DNA from: a virus
DNA length: 59,031 nucleotides
Virus record (IMG/VR): IMGVR_UViG_3300016474_000052
Coordinates: 1-59,031 of that record
Strand: one strand, 5' to 3'
Of this stretch, positions 17,909 through 28,203 are shown piece after piece. The first letter of the stretch is position 1; every line of letters begins with the position of its first letter. The position numbers were made by a program, and so were the translations under genes. The notes beneath the pieces are model-generated. The model was given only the letters and a program-made list of their open reading frames with translations, ran no database searches and had not been told where the DNA came from.

Positions 17909-19117
17909 ATGACAACGTATACCAGCGCATTCACCGGTCAGGTCATTCAGCCTACCGATGTCTCCTATCGCTCGATCACACTAACGGCTGATACGACCCT
18001 ATCCTGGCCGGTTGAGGTTGATACCTCAGGCAATTACGCCGCCAGGATCATGAACGTCTCGGCCTCTTCGGCTTCTCTCAGCCTTTTAATGCCACCTGCC
18101 AATCAGACCTCGGTAGGCACTGATGCGCTCATTCGAAACACGGGAGCTAATACTTTTACCGTCAAGGACTATGCAGGCGGGACCATCGTTTCGATTGCAA
18201 GCGGCGAAGCTAAGTACATTTACATCACAGCCAATTCAACCGCTGCAGGCACTTGGTCGACTATTGCATTCGGTGTTGGTACCTCTAGCCCTGATGCCTC
18301 AACACTTGCAGGCAATGGCCTGTTAGCGATTGCTTCAACGCTTAATCAGGCTCACCCAGTCACAACGATTGCAGCGACCTACACAGCCACAGCAAGTGAT
18401 CGAGCCCTGTCCTATGTCTGGAATGGCGGCGCAGGCACTATCAACCTGCCTTCGGCTGCTTCGGTAGGCGATAACTGGTTCTTCTTGCTGCGAAATGGTG
18501 GTTCAGGCCTCTTAACTGTTGATCCCAATGGCTCGGACCTGATCAATGGCGAAGCAACGCTTACGATGCAGCCTGCAGACTCTGCGATCATTCTATGCTC
18601 AGGCGTTAGCTTTTATACGATCGGCCTTGGCCAATCAACGACCTTTGCCTTCACACAGCTTACCTATCCTGTCGTCTCGGGGACTTACACCCTCACGCCT
18701 ACGCAAGCCTCCAACACGATCATTAAGGTCACAGGTACGCTTTCAGGATCGGTGAATATTGTCGTCCCAGCGACGGTTCAGGTTTACTACGTCTTAAACG
18801 CCACGACAGGCTCGGTTACCTTCACGACAGGGGTCGTAGGGGGCCTTACAACGACGATCTCAGCCGGTGCGCAGTCTATCCTTGTCTGCGACTCTGTGAA
18901 CGTCCTGAACGCCAATAGCGCGATTGTCGGGGCCCTTTCTCTGGAGCTTGTTAACGGGACGGCCTCAGTGCCTGCACTTCGCTTTAACGCAGAGCCCAGT
19001 ACGGGTATCTATCGAAGCGGCGCAGGCGAACTGAACGTCTCCGTCCTTGGAACTAAGATCGGGACCTTTAGCTCATCCGGCTTTACGACGACGCTGATCT
19101 CTGGAGGTTCGATCTAA
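17909..19117 (+). CDS. virion structural protein (fibre-attachment or tail-associated)
   Basis: 402 aa, Ser/Thr/Gly-rich. C-terminal PALRFNAEPSTGIYRSGAGEL motif resembles motifs seen in podovirus fibre proteins. Confidence 0.5.
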   Translation: MTTYTSAFTGQVIQPTDVSYRSITLTADTTLSWPVEVDTSGNYAARIMNVSASSASLSLLMPPANQTSVGTDALIRNTGANTFTVKDYAGGTIVSIASGEAKYIYITANSTAAGTWSTIAFGVGTSSPDASTLAGNGLLAIASTLNQAHPVTTIAATYTATASDRALSYVWNGGAGTINLPSAASVGDNWFFLLRNGGSGLLTVDPNGSDLINGEATLTMQPADSAIILCSGVSFYTIGLGQSTTFAFTQLTYPVVSGTYTLTPTQASNTIIKVTGTLSGSVNIVVPATVQVYYVLNATTGSVTFTTGVVGGLTTTISAGAQSILVCDSVNVLNANSAIVGALSLELVNGTASVPALRFNAEPSTGIYRSGAGELNVSVLGTKIGTFSSSGFTTTLISGGSI

Positions 19118-20940
19118 TGACTGAAAAAGTCATCTCGATCAATACCAAGCCCGGAATACGCCGGGACGGTACAACCCTGGACGGCGATCAATACTCTGAT
19201 GGCCAATGGGTTCGCTTTCAACGAGGAAGGCCCAGAAAGACCCAGGGCTACAGTCGTATCTCCCAGCAGATCAGAGGGCTTGTCCGCGGGATGTTTGTCG
19301 ATTCCACAAACGGTATCAATAACATCTTCACGGGCTGGTCAGGCGGCGTACAAGTCATCGGTGTCGATAACAACGGCGTCGGATCAGGCGTCTCTGACTT
19401 TACCTTCAATGGCCAAGTCTTAACGCTTGGCGTCATTGTTCCTGGCAGCGGATATACCACGGGCACTTATAGCAACGTCGCCTTAACTGGCGGCGCAGGC
19501 ACCGGCGCAAAGGCCACTATCACGGTGGCTGGCGGTGTTGTAACCACTGTCACCCTAACTCAAGGCGGTGTCGGTTATGCGGTAGGTAACTCACTGACCG
19601 CGGCAGCTTCAACGATTGGCGGAACGGGAGCGGGTTTCTCTATCCCTGTTGCAACGATCGCATCAAGCTTTTCTGCTGATTCCACGAATCTTTATCAGTT
19701 CGACACTTCCTATGACGTTACGGGCGGTGTCAATCTATTGCTTGCGCATCCTGGCCATAACCTCACTGAGATTGACAGCACAGCCGATACGCCTGTCCTT
19801 TATGGGCCGATCAACGGGACCGTGCTCTCAGCTTTGAGAGATATTGAAGGTACGTCGCCGACGGGTAATACGATCTCGGTCTCGGGTGGTGTCGTTGCCT
19901 TGCACCCCTACATCTTTGTTTATGGCGATGCAGGGCTGATCAAGAACAACTCTGCAGGCAAGCCTCTTGATTGGAACAGCGCTGACGCTAATGAGACCAA
20001 CGTCGCAACCGGAAAGATCGTAAAGGGCCTGCCTGTCCGAGGTGGTACCAATGCGCCGTCTGGTTTGTTTTGGTCGCTCGACTCACTCATTAGGGTGTCT
20101 TACCTTGGTGGCGTTGGTACGCCTGCCCAGTTCTGGCGCTACGACATCATCTCCTCGCAGTCTTCGATCCTTTCATCGCAGTCTGTTATCGAGTACGACG
20201 GCATTTATTACTGGTGCGGCGTCGATCGATTCCTGATGTACAACGGTGTCGTCCAGGAAATTCCTAACGACATGAACCAGAACTATTTCTTCGACAATCT
20301 GAACTATGCGCAACGTCAGAAGGTCTGGGCGTGCAAGGTCCCCCGGTACGGTGAGATCTGGTGGTTCTATCCTCGAGGGTCGGCTACCGAGTGTACTGAC
20401 GCAGTCATTTACAACGTCAGAGAAAAGACTTGGTACGACGCAGGCTCTGCGCCTGGGGCTTATCGTTCTTCGGGTTACTTCTCAAACGTCTTTCGCTATC
20501 CGGTCATGGCCGGCACAACGAACTACTCGGGCTACATCAAGCTTTGGCAGCATGAGATCGGCTATGACGAGGTTGATGGCCCGAACATTACTGCTATTCA
20601 GTCCTCATTCACAACGCATGACCTGTCGTGGGTTACTGGCAACCCAGCACAAGAGGTACCCATCGGGGATAACTTCTGGACCCACTTTGAGCGCGTAGAG
20701 CCTGACTTCCTGCAGGTAGGGGACATGAACCTCTATGTGATTGGTAGACCCTATGCTCAGGCCGCTGATGTCACGTCAGACGCCTATCCATTTAGCCCGA
20801 CGACGACTAAGATTGACATGCGAGAGCAAAGGCGTGAGATACGACTCAAGTTTGAGAGCAATACCGTGAACGGCAACTATCAAGCCGGTCGCATCTTGTT
20901 GTCTGCCGATATGGGCGACGTCAGAGGCTACACGCCATGA
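19117..20940 (+). CDS. tail nozzle-like protein (T7 gp12-like beta-propeller pattern)
   Basis: 607 aa. ..YDGIYYWCGVDRFLMYNGVVQEIP..GEIWWFYPRGSATECTDAVIYNVREKTWYD.. resembles podovirus nozzle/tail tubular B proteins. Has a Gly-rich GYTTGTY..GGVGYAVG insert. Confidence 0.45.
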   Translation: MTEKVISINTKPGIRRDGTTLDGDQYSDGQWVRFQRGRPRKTQGYSRISQQIRGLVRGMFVDSTNGINNIFTGWSGGVQVIGVDNNGVGSGVSDFTFNGQVLTLGVIVPGSGYTTGTYSNVALTGGAGTGAKATITVAGGVVTTVTLTQGGVGYAVGNSLTAAASTIGGTGAGFSIPVATIASSFSADSTNLYQFDTSYDVTGGVNLLLAHPGHNLTEIDSTADTPVLYGPINGTVLSALRDIEGTSPTGNTISVSGGVVALHPYIFVYGDAGLIKNNSAGKPLDWNSADANETNVATGKIVKGLPVRGGTNAPSGLFWSLDSLIRVSYLGGVGTPAQFWRYDIISSQSSILSSQSVIEYDGIYYWCGVDRFLMYNGVVQEIPNDMNQNYFFDNLNYAQRQKVWACKVPRYGEIWWFYPRGSATECTDAVIYNVREKTWYDAGSAPGAYRSSGYFSNVFRYPVMAGTTNYSGYIKLWQHEIGYDEVDGPNITAIQSSFTTHDLSWVTGNPAQEVPIGDNFWTHFERVEPDFLQVGDMNLYVIGRPYAQAADVTSDAYPFSPTTTKIDMREQRREIRLKFESNTVNGNYQAGRILLSADMGDVRGYTP

Positions 20941-21167
20941 CGCAGTATTACGATCCCCGGAACATCGAATGGCCTTACTGGAGTGCTTTGATTGCTGAGC
21001 AGTACGAAGCGCAACAGCTTATGTGGCCAGTCCCCGAGGATCGGTGGCAGGACTTCGCTCTGTCTATTTGCTCGATTGCGTTGTTTTCCAACTATGGCGT
21101 ACCTTCTCCAGCCGGGTTTAGCCGGTGGCAGGACTGGGCGCTTGCATTCAATAACGCGGTGAACTGA
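20937..21167 (+). CDS. hypothetical small protein
   Basis: 76-aa Trp-rich ORF with an ATGA overlap at each end. Confidence 0.55.
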   Translation: MTQYYDPRNIEWPYWSALIAEQYEAQQLMWPVPEDRWQDFALSICSIALFSNYGVPSPAGFSRWQDWALAFNNAVN

Positions 21168-24100
21168 TGCCTTTTAGAGAGAATATCGGCGGCCTGCAAT
21201 CTGAGCAGGAACTTGATGAGCAAGGGCTTAAAGGATTGCCCGTTAGCTCTCAAACCACTTCGCCTCTTCAGCAGGCGGCAGTTCAGCAATCGACAGTTCA
21301 GCCCACGTCTTTGCGATTTGACTTCAATAAAGACCCAACAAACGCGGCCAATATTCAGAATATTGCTAATCAGCTTGCAACCTCAGGCAAGGGTCTGATC
21401 GGTACGCAGCTTGATCCTTATGCGCTTGAGCAACTGGGTTTTGCTAAGAACCCCATCTACTCTCAGGGCGAGGGTAGCGATGCTCTTACCAATCCTTCGG
21501 TTTGGTCTGCCGACAAAAAGCTTGTTGGTTACGACAACGAAGGCAACCCGCTTTATGAGAACCTGGGGACGTATTCGACCTTTGCAAACGCTTATGACAT
21601 TGGCAACAAAGGAACGCTGCTAGGTCAGAACATCACGGTCGATGACACCGGCAAGATTGTTAACGTTGGCTTAGGCACTTCTCAACGAGGCGGAACGCTC
21701 TTAGAGAATTTATCCCCGATTCTCAACATGGCCGCCATGGTTGTTTCGGGGGGTGCTGCAGGCCTGGGCCTTTCACCACTGCAGGGTATGGCCGCCTCTA
21801 CAGCCTTAAAAGCACTTGGCGGGGCGGATCTTGAAAGCCTGATTAAGAACGCAGCAGCAACTTATGGAATCAATACTGGCCTTGATATGGCCGCCACTGA
21901 GATTGCCAATGCCTCCGGACTTGATAAAGCGCTTGTCGACAAGGCGCTGAAAACTGCTTACAGCGCTTCACAATCGAAGAACCCGTACGAATTTTTGTCT
22001 GCCGGCATAAAGACCCTGGCCTCAGGAAGTCCAAATGTTATTGACGAATACAACGTCACCGGCGGAGAAGGAACTCAATTAAGCACAGTTACCGGCGACC
22101 TTGGAAATGATTCGGTAGTTAGTGGTTCGGGACCTCTTGATTATGTGATTGGAGACGATTCGCTTTCCGGTGGCTTGCAGAAGGTTTCTGATGTTGGCGG
22201 AGGCTCTTTCCGCGCTGATGTTTCTGGCGTGGCTCCTGATTATCGCGAAATGAGCGGCAAGATTACGTCTACAGGCGGCATATCGTCAGCTATCAATGAT
22301 CTTAAAAGCGCGGGTTATTCAGCACAGGACATCGCTGCTTATCTTGGCACACATATCGGTCTTGATATAAGCCCTGGATCGCCTGCTTATCAAGACATGG
22401 TTGCAGCTTTCGGGCCACCGAACGCCGCGGGTCAGTTTGGTGGCGGAACAGTCATCAACCTTGGTGATACGGGTGCAACCGGCGGACTTGGGGGCGCCAC
22501 AGCTATCGTAGGCGGCAGCCCAACCGGTGGTGGAACGCTTGGGTCTCAAGGCGCAGATTTTGATCTTGCACCGGTGTTTGATGCGCTTGGTATTCCTGGT
22601 TTCACGCTTTCAAGCTCTAACAACATCGGCACCGATTCGTCCGGCAATCTGTATAGCGTTGTTAACAAATCTGATGGCTCAGCCACGATCGTTGACTTAA
22701 ATGATGAGACCTTTCAAGTCGAGTTAACGCCTGAGCAAAACAACGCCCTCAAGCAAAAAGACATAGCAAAAAACATCACAACGGATCAGTTTGCCAAGCA
22801 ATTACCCTATAACGAGTTTACGCAAAGCTTCCCTTATGTCGATGAGTTCAATAACGTCAAGTACGCTACCAAGCAGGAACTCAATACCGATCCAAACCTG
22901 AAGTGGGTTGAACAGATTTACTTCCCCGAGCCCATCACAATTGACACGTCGTTCAATGTTGATGACCCAAACAAGCCCAAGGTCACGGGCCCAGCCGGAG
23001 GGGGAACTTCTGGCGGCGCGACCTCTGGAGGCGGTCTTTCCCAGGTAACTGGCGATACTAGCCAAGACACTTCTGGAGGGGCGTTGTCGCAAATAACCGG
23101 TGGTACCCCTGGCGGGGGTACTCCTGAAGGCGGGTTATCTCAGATTACCGGTGGGACCCCTGGAGGCGGAACACCAGCGGGTGGCACCCCTGGCGGCGGA
23201 ACCCCAGGAGGAGGAACTCCAGGAGGAGAAACTCCTGGCGGCGGGACCACTGGAGGCGGAACGCCTAGCGATGGCGGAGGGTTGGAATTGACGCAATCCG
23301 AGGCCATGAAGAAGCTTGGCGATGAGTTGCTGGCACAAGGAAAGTCACAGGAAGAGGTTGCTAACAATCTTAACAAACAGCTTTCGGATGCAGGCTCCAA
23401 TCTTCGCGTTGGCTTTACGATGGTTGGTGGTGAGCCAAGAACGAATATTTATGAAAGCAAGGTCGTAGACCGCACAAGAAGCGGTGCCGACTATGGCGCT
23501 ATTACAAGCGGCCTGTCGCAAAAGTTCGGTGATAGCAGACTAGGAACCCAAGATCTTGCTTCTGACATCAACACAAGGATGCGCACGGTTAATGGCAAGG
23601 TCTATGACACGATGGAAGAGGCGATCAGGGCCAGGAATCCATCCGGTGTTACGGGACCTGCTGGCGATAAACCTAAAGCCTCTGATTACGCTTACCAATA
23701 CATTTTCAACAAGGTCTATGGCCGTCCAGGAACGGATGAAGAGCTTAAGTATGCAAGAACCCGATCCCTGTCGGATCTTGAAAAAGATCTCGGCGGGTTC
23801 TTGAGTGCTTGGAAAAGCTCTCAACCTCCAACTGGCAATTTATCTGTTGACCAGCAGATCAATGACATAACCGGTGGAATTGACCAAGCCACTCAGGACG
23901 CAGTCAACGCTGAGGTTTCCGGCGTAAAGACGGGAACAGGAACAGGAACGGGTACAGGCACTGGAACAGGTACGGGAACGGGTACGGGTACTGGAACGGG
24001 AACAGGGACTGGTACCGGCACGGGCACAGGTACAGGGACTGGCACCGGGACAGGAACCGGAACTGGTACGGGTACAGGGACAGGAACCGGCACAGGAACC

Positions 24101-25417
24101 GGTACAGGAACTGGGACAGGAACAGGTACGGGTACAGGCACTGGTACAGGCACCGGTACGGGAACTGGGACAGGCACAGGCACCGGAACCGGTACTGGAT
24201 CTGGAACAGGCACTGGAACAGGTACAGGTACAGGAACGAGTACAGGCACTGGCACCGGAACCGGTACAGGCACCGGTACGGGTACAGGGACCGGAACAGG
24301 CACCGGTACGGGAACAGGTACCGGAACTGGAACTGGCACTGGGACAGGCACTGGGACCGGAACTGGGACGGGTACCGGAACGGGTACGGGGACTGGGACC
24401 GGAACCGGTACTGGCACTGGGACAGGCACTGGGACCGGTACAGGTACAGGGACCGGAACAGGCACCGGAACAGGCACCGGGACAGGAACCGGAACTGGAA
24501 CTGGAACTGGGACTGGAACTGGCACCGGTACGGGAACAGGTACCGGAACCGGAACGGGTACAGGGACTGGTACAGGTACGGGAACGGGTACGGGAACAGG
24601 GACCGGAACCGGAACGGGAACAGGGACTGGGACTGGTACGGGCACAGGCACTGGAACTGGCACTGGTACAGGGACCGGAACTGGAACGGGAACAGGAACC
24701 GGAACAGGAACCGGTACGGGCACAGGAACCGGCACAGGAACCGGCACAGGAACCGGCACGGGAACAGGAGGCGGCGCTTACCAACCCTCTTATCAAACCG
24801 GATTAAGTAGCCAGTACAAAGGATTCAAGAATGTCCCATCACTTACACCCACGACTTTGGCGGCGGCTCCGATCATGAAAGAGAAAACCATCTCCAACCT
24901 CCCTGAGGGATTGGTCCAGCAACTGGTGCGCATGGGTATCAGCAAGACCCTGATCAATCAGATCGCTAAGTCAGCCAAGATTGATTTGCTTGAAAATGAG
25001 GCCCCTACGGACGTCAAAGGTGGCCTTGAGCAGATTGACGCTGACGAGCTTATGGGTGGTCAGCCCAAGACAGGTGGCCAACCGGATAAACCCGAAGAGA
25101 AGGCTATGGGCGGTCTTATGAAGATGGCTGAGACCAATGGCTTTGCAGGAACGCCAGATTCACGGAGAATGCAAGGTTATGCGGTTGGTGGTGCTGGAGG
25201 CGGTCAAGACGATCTTATTCCCGCTCTGTTGGCTGACGGTGAGTACGTTATGGACGCCGACATTGTTGCAGCGCTTGGTGATGGATCTTCGAAGGAAGGT
25301 GCCGCAAAGCTTGATAAGTTCCGCGAGGCGATCCGTAAACACAAGCGTTCAGCACCTTTGAACAAAATTCCGCCAAAGGCTAAGTCGCCTCTGGCTTACT
25401 TGAAAGAAGCGAGGTAA
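21167..25417 (+). CDS. large internal virion/ejection-type protein with giant Gly-Thr repeat
   Basis: 1416 aa, first of four consecutive large genes ending with an SLT protein. Contains a GGTPG-type tract and a 279-aa (GT)n tract. C-terminal [27 protein letters not shown] motif. Confidence 0.6.
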   Translation: MPFRENIGGLQSEQELDEQGLKGLPVSSQTTSPLQQAAVQQSTVQPTSLRFDFNKDPTNAANIQNIANQLATSGKGLIGTQLDPYALEQLGFAKNPIYSQGEGSDALTNPSVWSADKKLVGYDNEGNPLYENLGTYSTFANAYDIGNKGTLLGQNITVDDTGKIVNVGLGTSQRGGTLLENLSPILNMAAMVVSGGAAGLGLSPLQGMAASTALKALGGADLESLIKNAAATYGINTGLDMAATEIANASGLDKALVDKALKTAYSASQSKNPYEFLSAGIKTLASGSPNVIDEYNVTGGEGTQLSTVTGDLGNDSVVSGSGPLDYVIGDDSLSGGLQKVSDVGGGSFRADVSGVAPDYREMSGKITSTGGISSAINDLKSAGYSAQDIAAYLGTHIGLDISPGSPAYQDMVAAFGPPNAAGQFGGGTVINLGDTGATGGLGGATAIVGGSPTGGGTLGSQGADFDLAPVFDALGIPGFTLSSSNNIGTDSSGNLYSVVNKSDGSATIVDLNDETFQVELTPEQNNALKQKDIAKNITTDQFAKQLPYNEFTQSFPYVDEFNNVKYATKQELNTDPNLKWVEQIYFPEPITIDTSFNVDDPNKPKVTGPAGGGTSGGATSGGGLSQVTGDTSQDTSGGALSQITGGTPGGGTPEGGLSQITGGTPGGGTPAGGTPGGGTPGGGTPGGETPGGGTTGGGTPSDGGGLELTQSEAMKKLGDELLAQGKSQEEVANNLNKQLSDAGSNLRVGFTMVGGEPRTNIYESKVVDRTRSGADYGAITSGLSQKFGDSRLGTQDLASDINTRMRTVNGKVYDTMEEAIRARNPSGVTGPAGDKPKASDYAYQYIFNKVYGRPGTDEELKYARTRSLSDLEKDLGGFLSAWKSSQPPTGNLSVDQQINDITGGIDQATQDAVNAEVSGVKTGTGTGTGTGTGTGTGTGTGTGTGTGTGTGTGTGTGTGTGTGTGTGTGTGTGTGTGTGTGTGTGTGTGTGTGTGTGTGTGTGTGTGTGTGSGTGTGTGTGTGTSTGTGTGTGTGTGTGTGTGTGTGTGTGTGTGTGTGTGTGTGTGTGTGTGTGTGTGTGTGTGTGTGTGTGTGTGTGTGTGTGTGTGTGTGTGTGTGTGTGTGTGTGTGTGTGTGTGTGTGTGTGTGTGTGTGTGTGTGTGTGTGTGTGTGTGTGTGTGTGTGTGTGTGTGTGTGTGTGGGAYQPSYQTGLSSQYKGFKNVPSLTPTTLAAAPIMKEKTISNLPEGLVQQLVRMGISKTLINQIAKSAKIDLLENEAPTDVKGGLEQIDADELMGGQPKTGGQPDKPEEKAMGGLMKMAETNGFAGTPDSRRMQGYAVGGAGGGQDDLIPALLADGEYVMDADIVAALGDGSSKEGAAKLDKFREAIRKHKRSAPLNKIPPKAKSPLAYLKEAR
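22987..23283 (+). repeat. in-frame Gly/Thr/Pro low-complexity tract (GGTPGGGTP-type and GGLSQ(I/V)TG repeats)
   Basis: Reads ..[84 protein letters not shown]. Confidence 0.85.
23930..24766 (+). repeat. in-frame hexanucleotide (GGN-ACN) repeat encoding a 279-aa Gly-Thr dipeptide tract
   Basis: Uninterrupted TGTGTG.. from 23930 to 24766 in the 21167 frame. Only two deviations were read (GS, TST). All four Gly and all four Thr codons are interleaved. Confidence 0.95.
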
Positions 25418-25419
25418 TC

Positions 25420-26436
25420 ATGCCTTTCGATTGGACTCAAGGGTCAGCCCCACCGCCTGTCGATATTACGCAGTCGCAAAAGACAACAGCGCCTGAGTTC
25501 TATACCGATTATCTTAAAGAAATTGGTAAAGCAGGCGAGGGCTTTTTAGGTGCAAATGCGCCCAAGTACATCGGTGAACAAGCACTTCAGACTGAAGCCT
25601 TTGATCAAGCCAAAGGGAAATCGTTCGGCGCTCAAAATTACCTAGATCAGGCATCCCGCCTTGGCGGCTTGTCTGGTGTAACGACTGCTCAACAGCTTGA
25701 AGGCTATCAAGTAACCGACCCCACGACCGGCCAGAAGGTCACGATGGGTGGCGGTTACATGAACCCCTACATCAAAGACGTCGTTGGTGAGATTGAAAGG
25801 CTTGGCCAAAGGCAGCTACAAGAGGCTTTGCCATCCATCACTGGCGCGGCTGTAGGCTCTGGCGGCTTTGGTAGTCAAAGGGCTCTGCAGTCTGCAGGGA
25901 TTGTCGGCAGGGATGTCCTGGCGGATATTCTTGGCAAGCAGACTGGCGCCCTTGCCTCTGGTTATGACGCAGCCACCAAAGCGGCGCAGACAGATCTTGC
26001 ACGTTACCTTCAAGGTGCAGGCGTAATGGGCGGCCTGGGTCAGATTGCCTCGGGTACCAACATCGCAGAATTGCAGAATCTGGCCTCATTAGGAGCCCAG
26101 CAGCAGGCGATCGAGCAAGGCGAAGAGAACTTCCCATTGCAAACAGCACAGGCTGTCTCAGGGCTTCTGAGGGGCTATACGATGCCTACTGAAACGGCGT
26201 CGACTTACAAGGGTCCTCTGGCAGGTCTTCAATACAGTCCGTCTGGCTTACAGACCCTGGGATCTATTGCTGGCTTATTTGCGCCTACTGGCTCAAGTGG
26301 CCAGGGCATCTCTGCCGCACAAGGTCTAATCAATGCTGGCAAAGGGCTGGTCGACACACTGAAAAACATGGGGCTATTTAGCTCAGATAGCGGCCTGCCG
26401 AATACCGGGAATATTGAAGACCCGACTTGGACTTAA
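25420..26436 (+). CDS. internal virion/ejection-module protein
   Basis: 338-aa Gly/Ala/Gln-rich ORF located between the large internal proteins. No domain recognised. Confidence 0.5.
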   Translation: MPFDWTQGSAPPPVDITQSQKTTAPEFYTDYLKEIGKAGEGFLGANAPKYIGEQALQTEAFDQAKGKSFGAQNYLDQASRLGGLSGVTTAQQLEGYQVTDPTTGQKVTMGGGYMNPYIKDVVGEIERLGQRQLQEALPSITGAAVGSGGFGSQRALQSAGIVGRDVLADILGKQTGALASGYDAATKAAQTDLARYLQGAGVMGGLGQIASGTNIAELQNLASLGAQQQAIEQGEENFPLQTAQAVSGLLRGYTMPTETASTYKGPLAGLQYSPSGLQTLGSIAGLFAPTGSSGQGISAAQGLINAGKGLVDTLKNMGLFSSDSGLPNTGNIEDPTWT

Positions 26437-26448
26437 TCGGAGATAACG

Positions 26449-28203
26449 ATGGCTCTCGAAATATTGCAGGGCGAGGATGCCGAAGAGATGGGTGGCGGCA
26501 CGGGCATTACGCCCCCTTCTGGCTTTCAAATACCCGTCAATCGACAGCCTTCTCCGGGAGGGCTGGGACAGGCCGCTCCTGACGGTCTTAGTTCAGCTAA
26601 ACAGGACTACCTAAAAGCCACGCAAGACATGATCAATGCTCTCGAGCAAAGGATCAGTGGCCAGGGTTACGACATATCTCGACTGCTTTTTGCTTTTGGC
26701 CAACCTACTGCAACTGGATCGCTTGGAAGCGCTTTTGCCAATGTGGGCGCAGAAGCGACAAGGCAGCGTGGTGAGCAAGAGAAGATGATGCCCTCCATGA
26801 TGAAGATGCGGACCGAACTGGCCGCTAATCGTCTTGCTATGGCCCAACAAGAAGAGGCCGATCGTATTGCGAGTATGTACGGGGTTGGGGAGCCCGGGGC
26901 TAATGTTCAAGCCGCCCCTGGATCGGGAGCCTCTGCTGAAGCCGCGGTTGGCAACCCGCAGGCGCGTCGTGAGATGGACGTTGATCCCTTGCGTCTCTTG
27001 GCGATTACAAGGAGGCTTGGTCCCGCAGGCGAGAAGCTTTATAGCCAGATCATGCAAGCCAGAGAAGACTATCGCAAAAACTTCTTGCCTGGAGGCGAAG
27101 GTTCTTTCTATAGACCCGATACCGGTCAGCGAATCTATAACCCAGTTGAACTTGCCAAGCCGATTGAGCGTCAGTTAAACCTTGGTAACTTTAGCGGCGA
27201 GATCAAGATGCCTCTTGGCGACTGGATGAAGTACGACGAGATTATGGATAAAGGCGGTCAGACAGAGGCCGCCAAGTTCATCGTCAGCAAGATCCCAGGC
27301 CTTGGCGAAAGGATCGGGGCAATCGCTCCATCAAGGCCACTCGATTCAACACCTATAGCACCTGCTCAGCAACCTGCTATGCAGCCATCTCAAGGGGCTC
27401 CTGCGCAAGGGCCAAGATTCGAGACTGCAGGCGAAAGAGAGCAGCGCCAAAAGGCAGAGTCCAAGCAGACCGAAGAGAACATCTCGATGCTGACCGGGGA
27501 AGTCAAGGAGGCTAGAACTCCAATCCTTACCCGCTACGACAAGGCTGACTCCCTACAGCAAGAAGCCAAGCAGATGATGCAACTAGCCTCGGCGTACCCC
27601 TATGCGGTTGGCATTTTCAATAAGCCTGGAGGTCAGTACGCACTTGCGCAATTCCTCAAGGAAGGTATTCGCGTTGGCAGCACGAACGTCACCATCGGAG
27701 GCTTTGAAGATGGCATGAGACGACTCGTGAGAGCCAACCCTGAGATGGTTGCAAGGGTTGCAAAAGAACGCGGCATCTCGAACGACGAGGCTCAAAAATA
27801 CCTGCAGCAGCAAGGCTTAGATGCAGCGTCAATGCTCTTGCAGTCTGAGCGCAGACTTGACGCTCTGTTAAACAAGGCCGAGCGCAAGGGCGAGGGTCAG
27901 GTATCCAACTACGAGCGGGTCCTGTTCAGCCAGCTTTTGCCAAGCCTCTCGAATGACCCGATCAAAGCCTATCTCGCAAAGACCCTGGCCCTTCAAGAGA
28001 TGGCCAAGTTTGATAAGCAGGTTGGCGATCTCTTAAGAAAACGCTCTGAGGCTAAGCAATACGACCCAAGGCAGATGTATGACTCGGATGAGTACAAGCG
28101 TATTCGTGCGAATTACGTCAACTCCCTTGAGGGTACGATGCGTGAGTTCTTCCCTGAGACAAGGGGCAGGCTTGCCGAGGCTAGAAAAGTAGCGGGGGTC
28201 TAA
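26449..28203 (+). CDS. internal virion/ejection-module protein
   Basis: 584-aa charged, helical-looking ORF directly preceding the SLT protein. Confidence 0.5.
   Translation: MALEILQGEDAEEMGGGTGITPPSGFQIPVNRQPSPGGLGQAAPDGLSSAKQDYLKATQDMINALEQRISGQGYDISRLLFAFGQPTATGSLGSAFANVGAEATRQRGEQEKMMPSMMKMRTELAANRLAMAQQEEADRIASMYGVGEPGANVQAAPGSGASAEAAVGNPQARREMDVDPLRLLAITRRLGPAGEKLYSQIMQAREDYRKNFLPGGEGSFYRPDTGQRIYNPVELAKPIERQLNLGNFSGEIKMPLGDWMKYDEIMDKGGQTEAAKFIVSKIPGLGERIGAIAPSRPLDSTPIAPAQQPAMQPSQGAPAQGPRFETAGEREQRQKAESKQTEENISMLTGEVKEARTPILTRYDKADSLQQEAKQMMQLASAYPYAVGIFNKPGGQYALAQFLKEGIRVGSTNVTIGGFEDGMRRLVRANPEMVARVAKERGISNDEAQKYLQQQGLDAASMLLQSERRLDALLNKAERKGEGQVSNYERVLFSQLLPSLSNDPIKAYLAKTLALQEMAKFDKQVGDLLRKRSEAKQYDPRQMYDSDEYKRIRANYVNSLEGTMREFFPETRGRLAEARKVAGV

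Noticed and set aside
23930-24766. Possibility that the repeat block is a CRISPR array or satellite
   Set aside because: The period is 6 nt with no spacer/repeat alternation, and the tract is perfectly in frame within an ORF. It is a coding dipeptide repeat, not a CRISPR array.
23840-24796. Long - strand ORFs (318 aa Ser/Cys/Thr/Gly-rich and 288 aa (PV)n) antisense to the Gly-Thr tract
   Set aside because: They are mirror-image artefacts of the GGN-ACN hexamer repeat. They lack an RBS and lie wholly inside a long, well-supported + strand CDS.
21167-25417. Calling the 1416-aa protein a tape measure protein (siphovirus or myovirus tail)
   Set aside because: No tail tube, sheath, tail-assembly chaperone frameshift pair or baseplate set was found. 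The neighbours (nozzle-like protein, SLT-containing internal protein) fit a podovirus ejection-protein set better.
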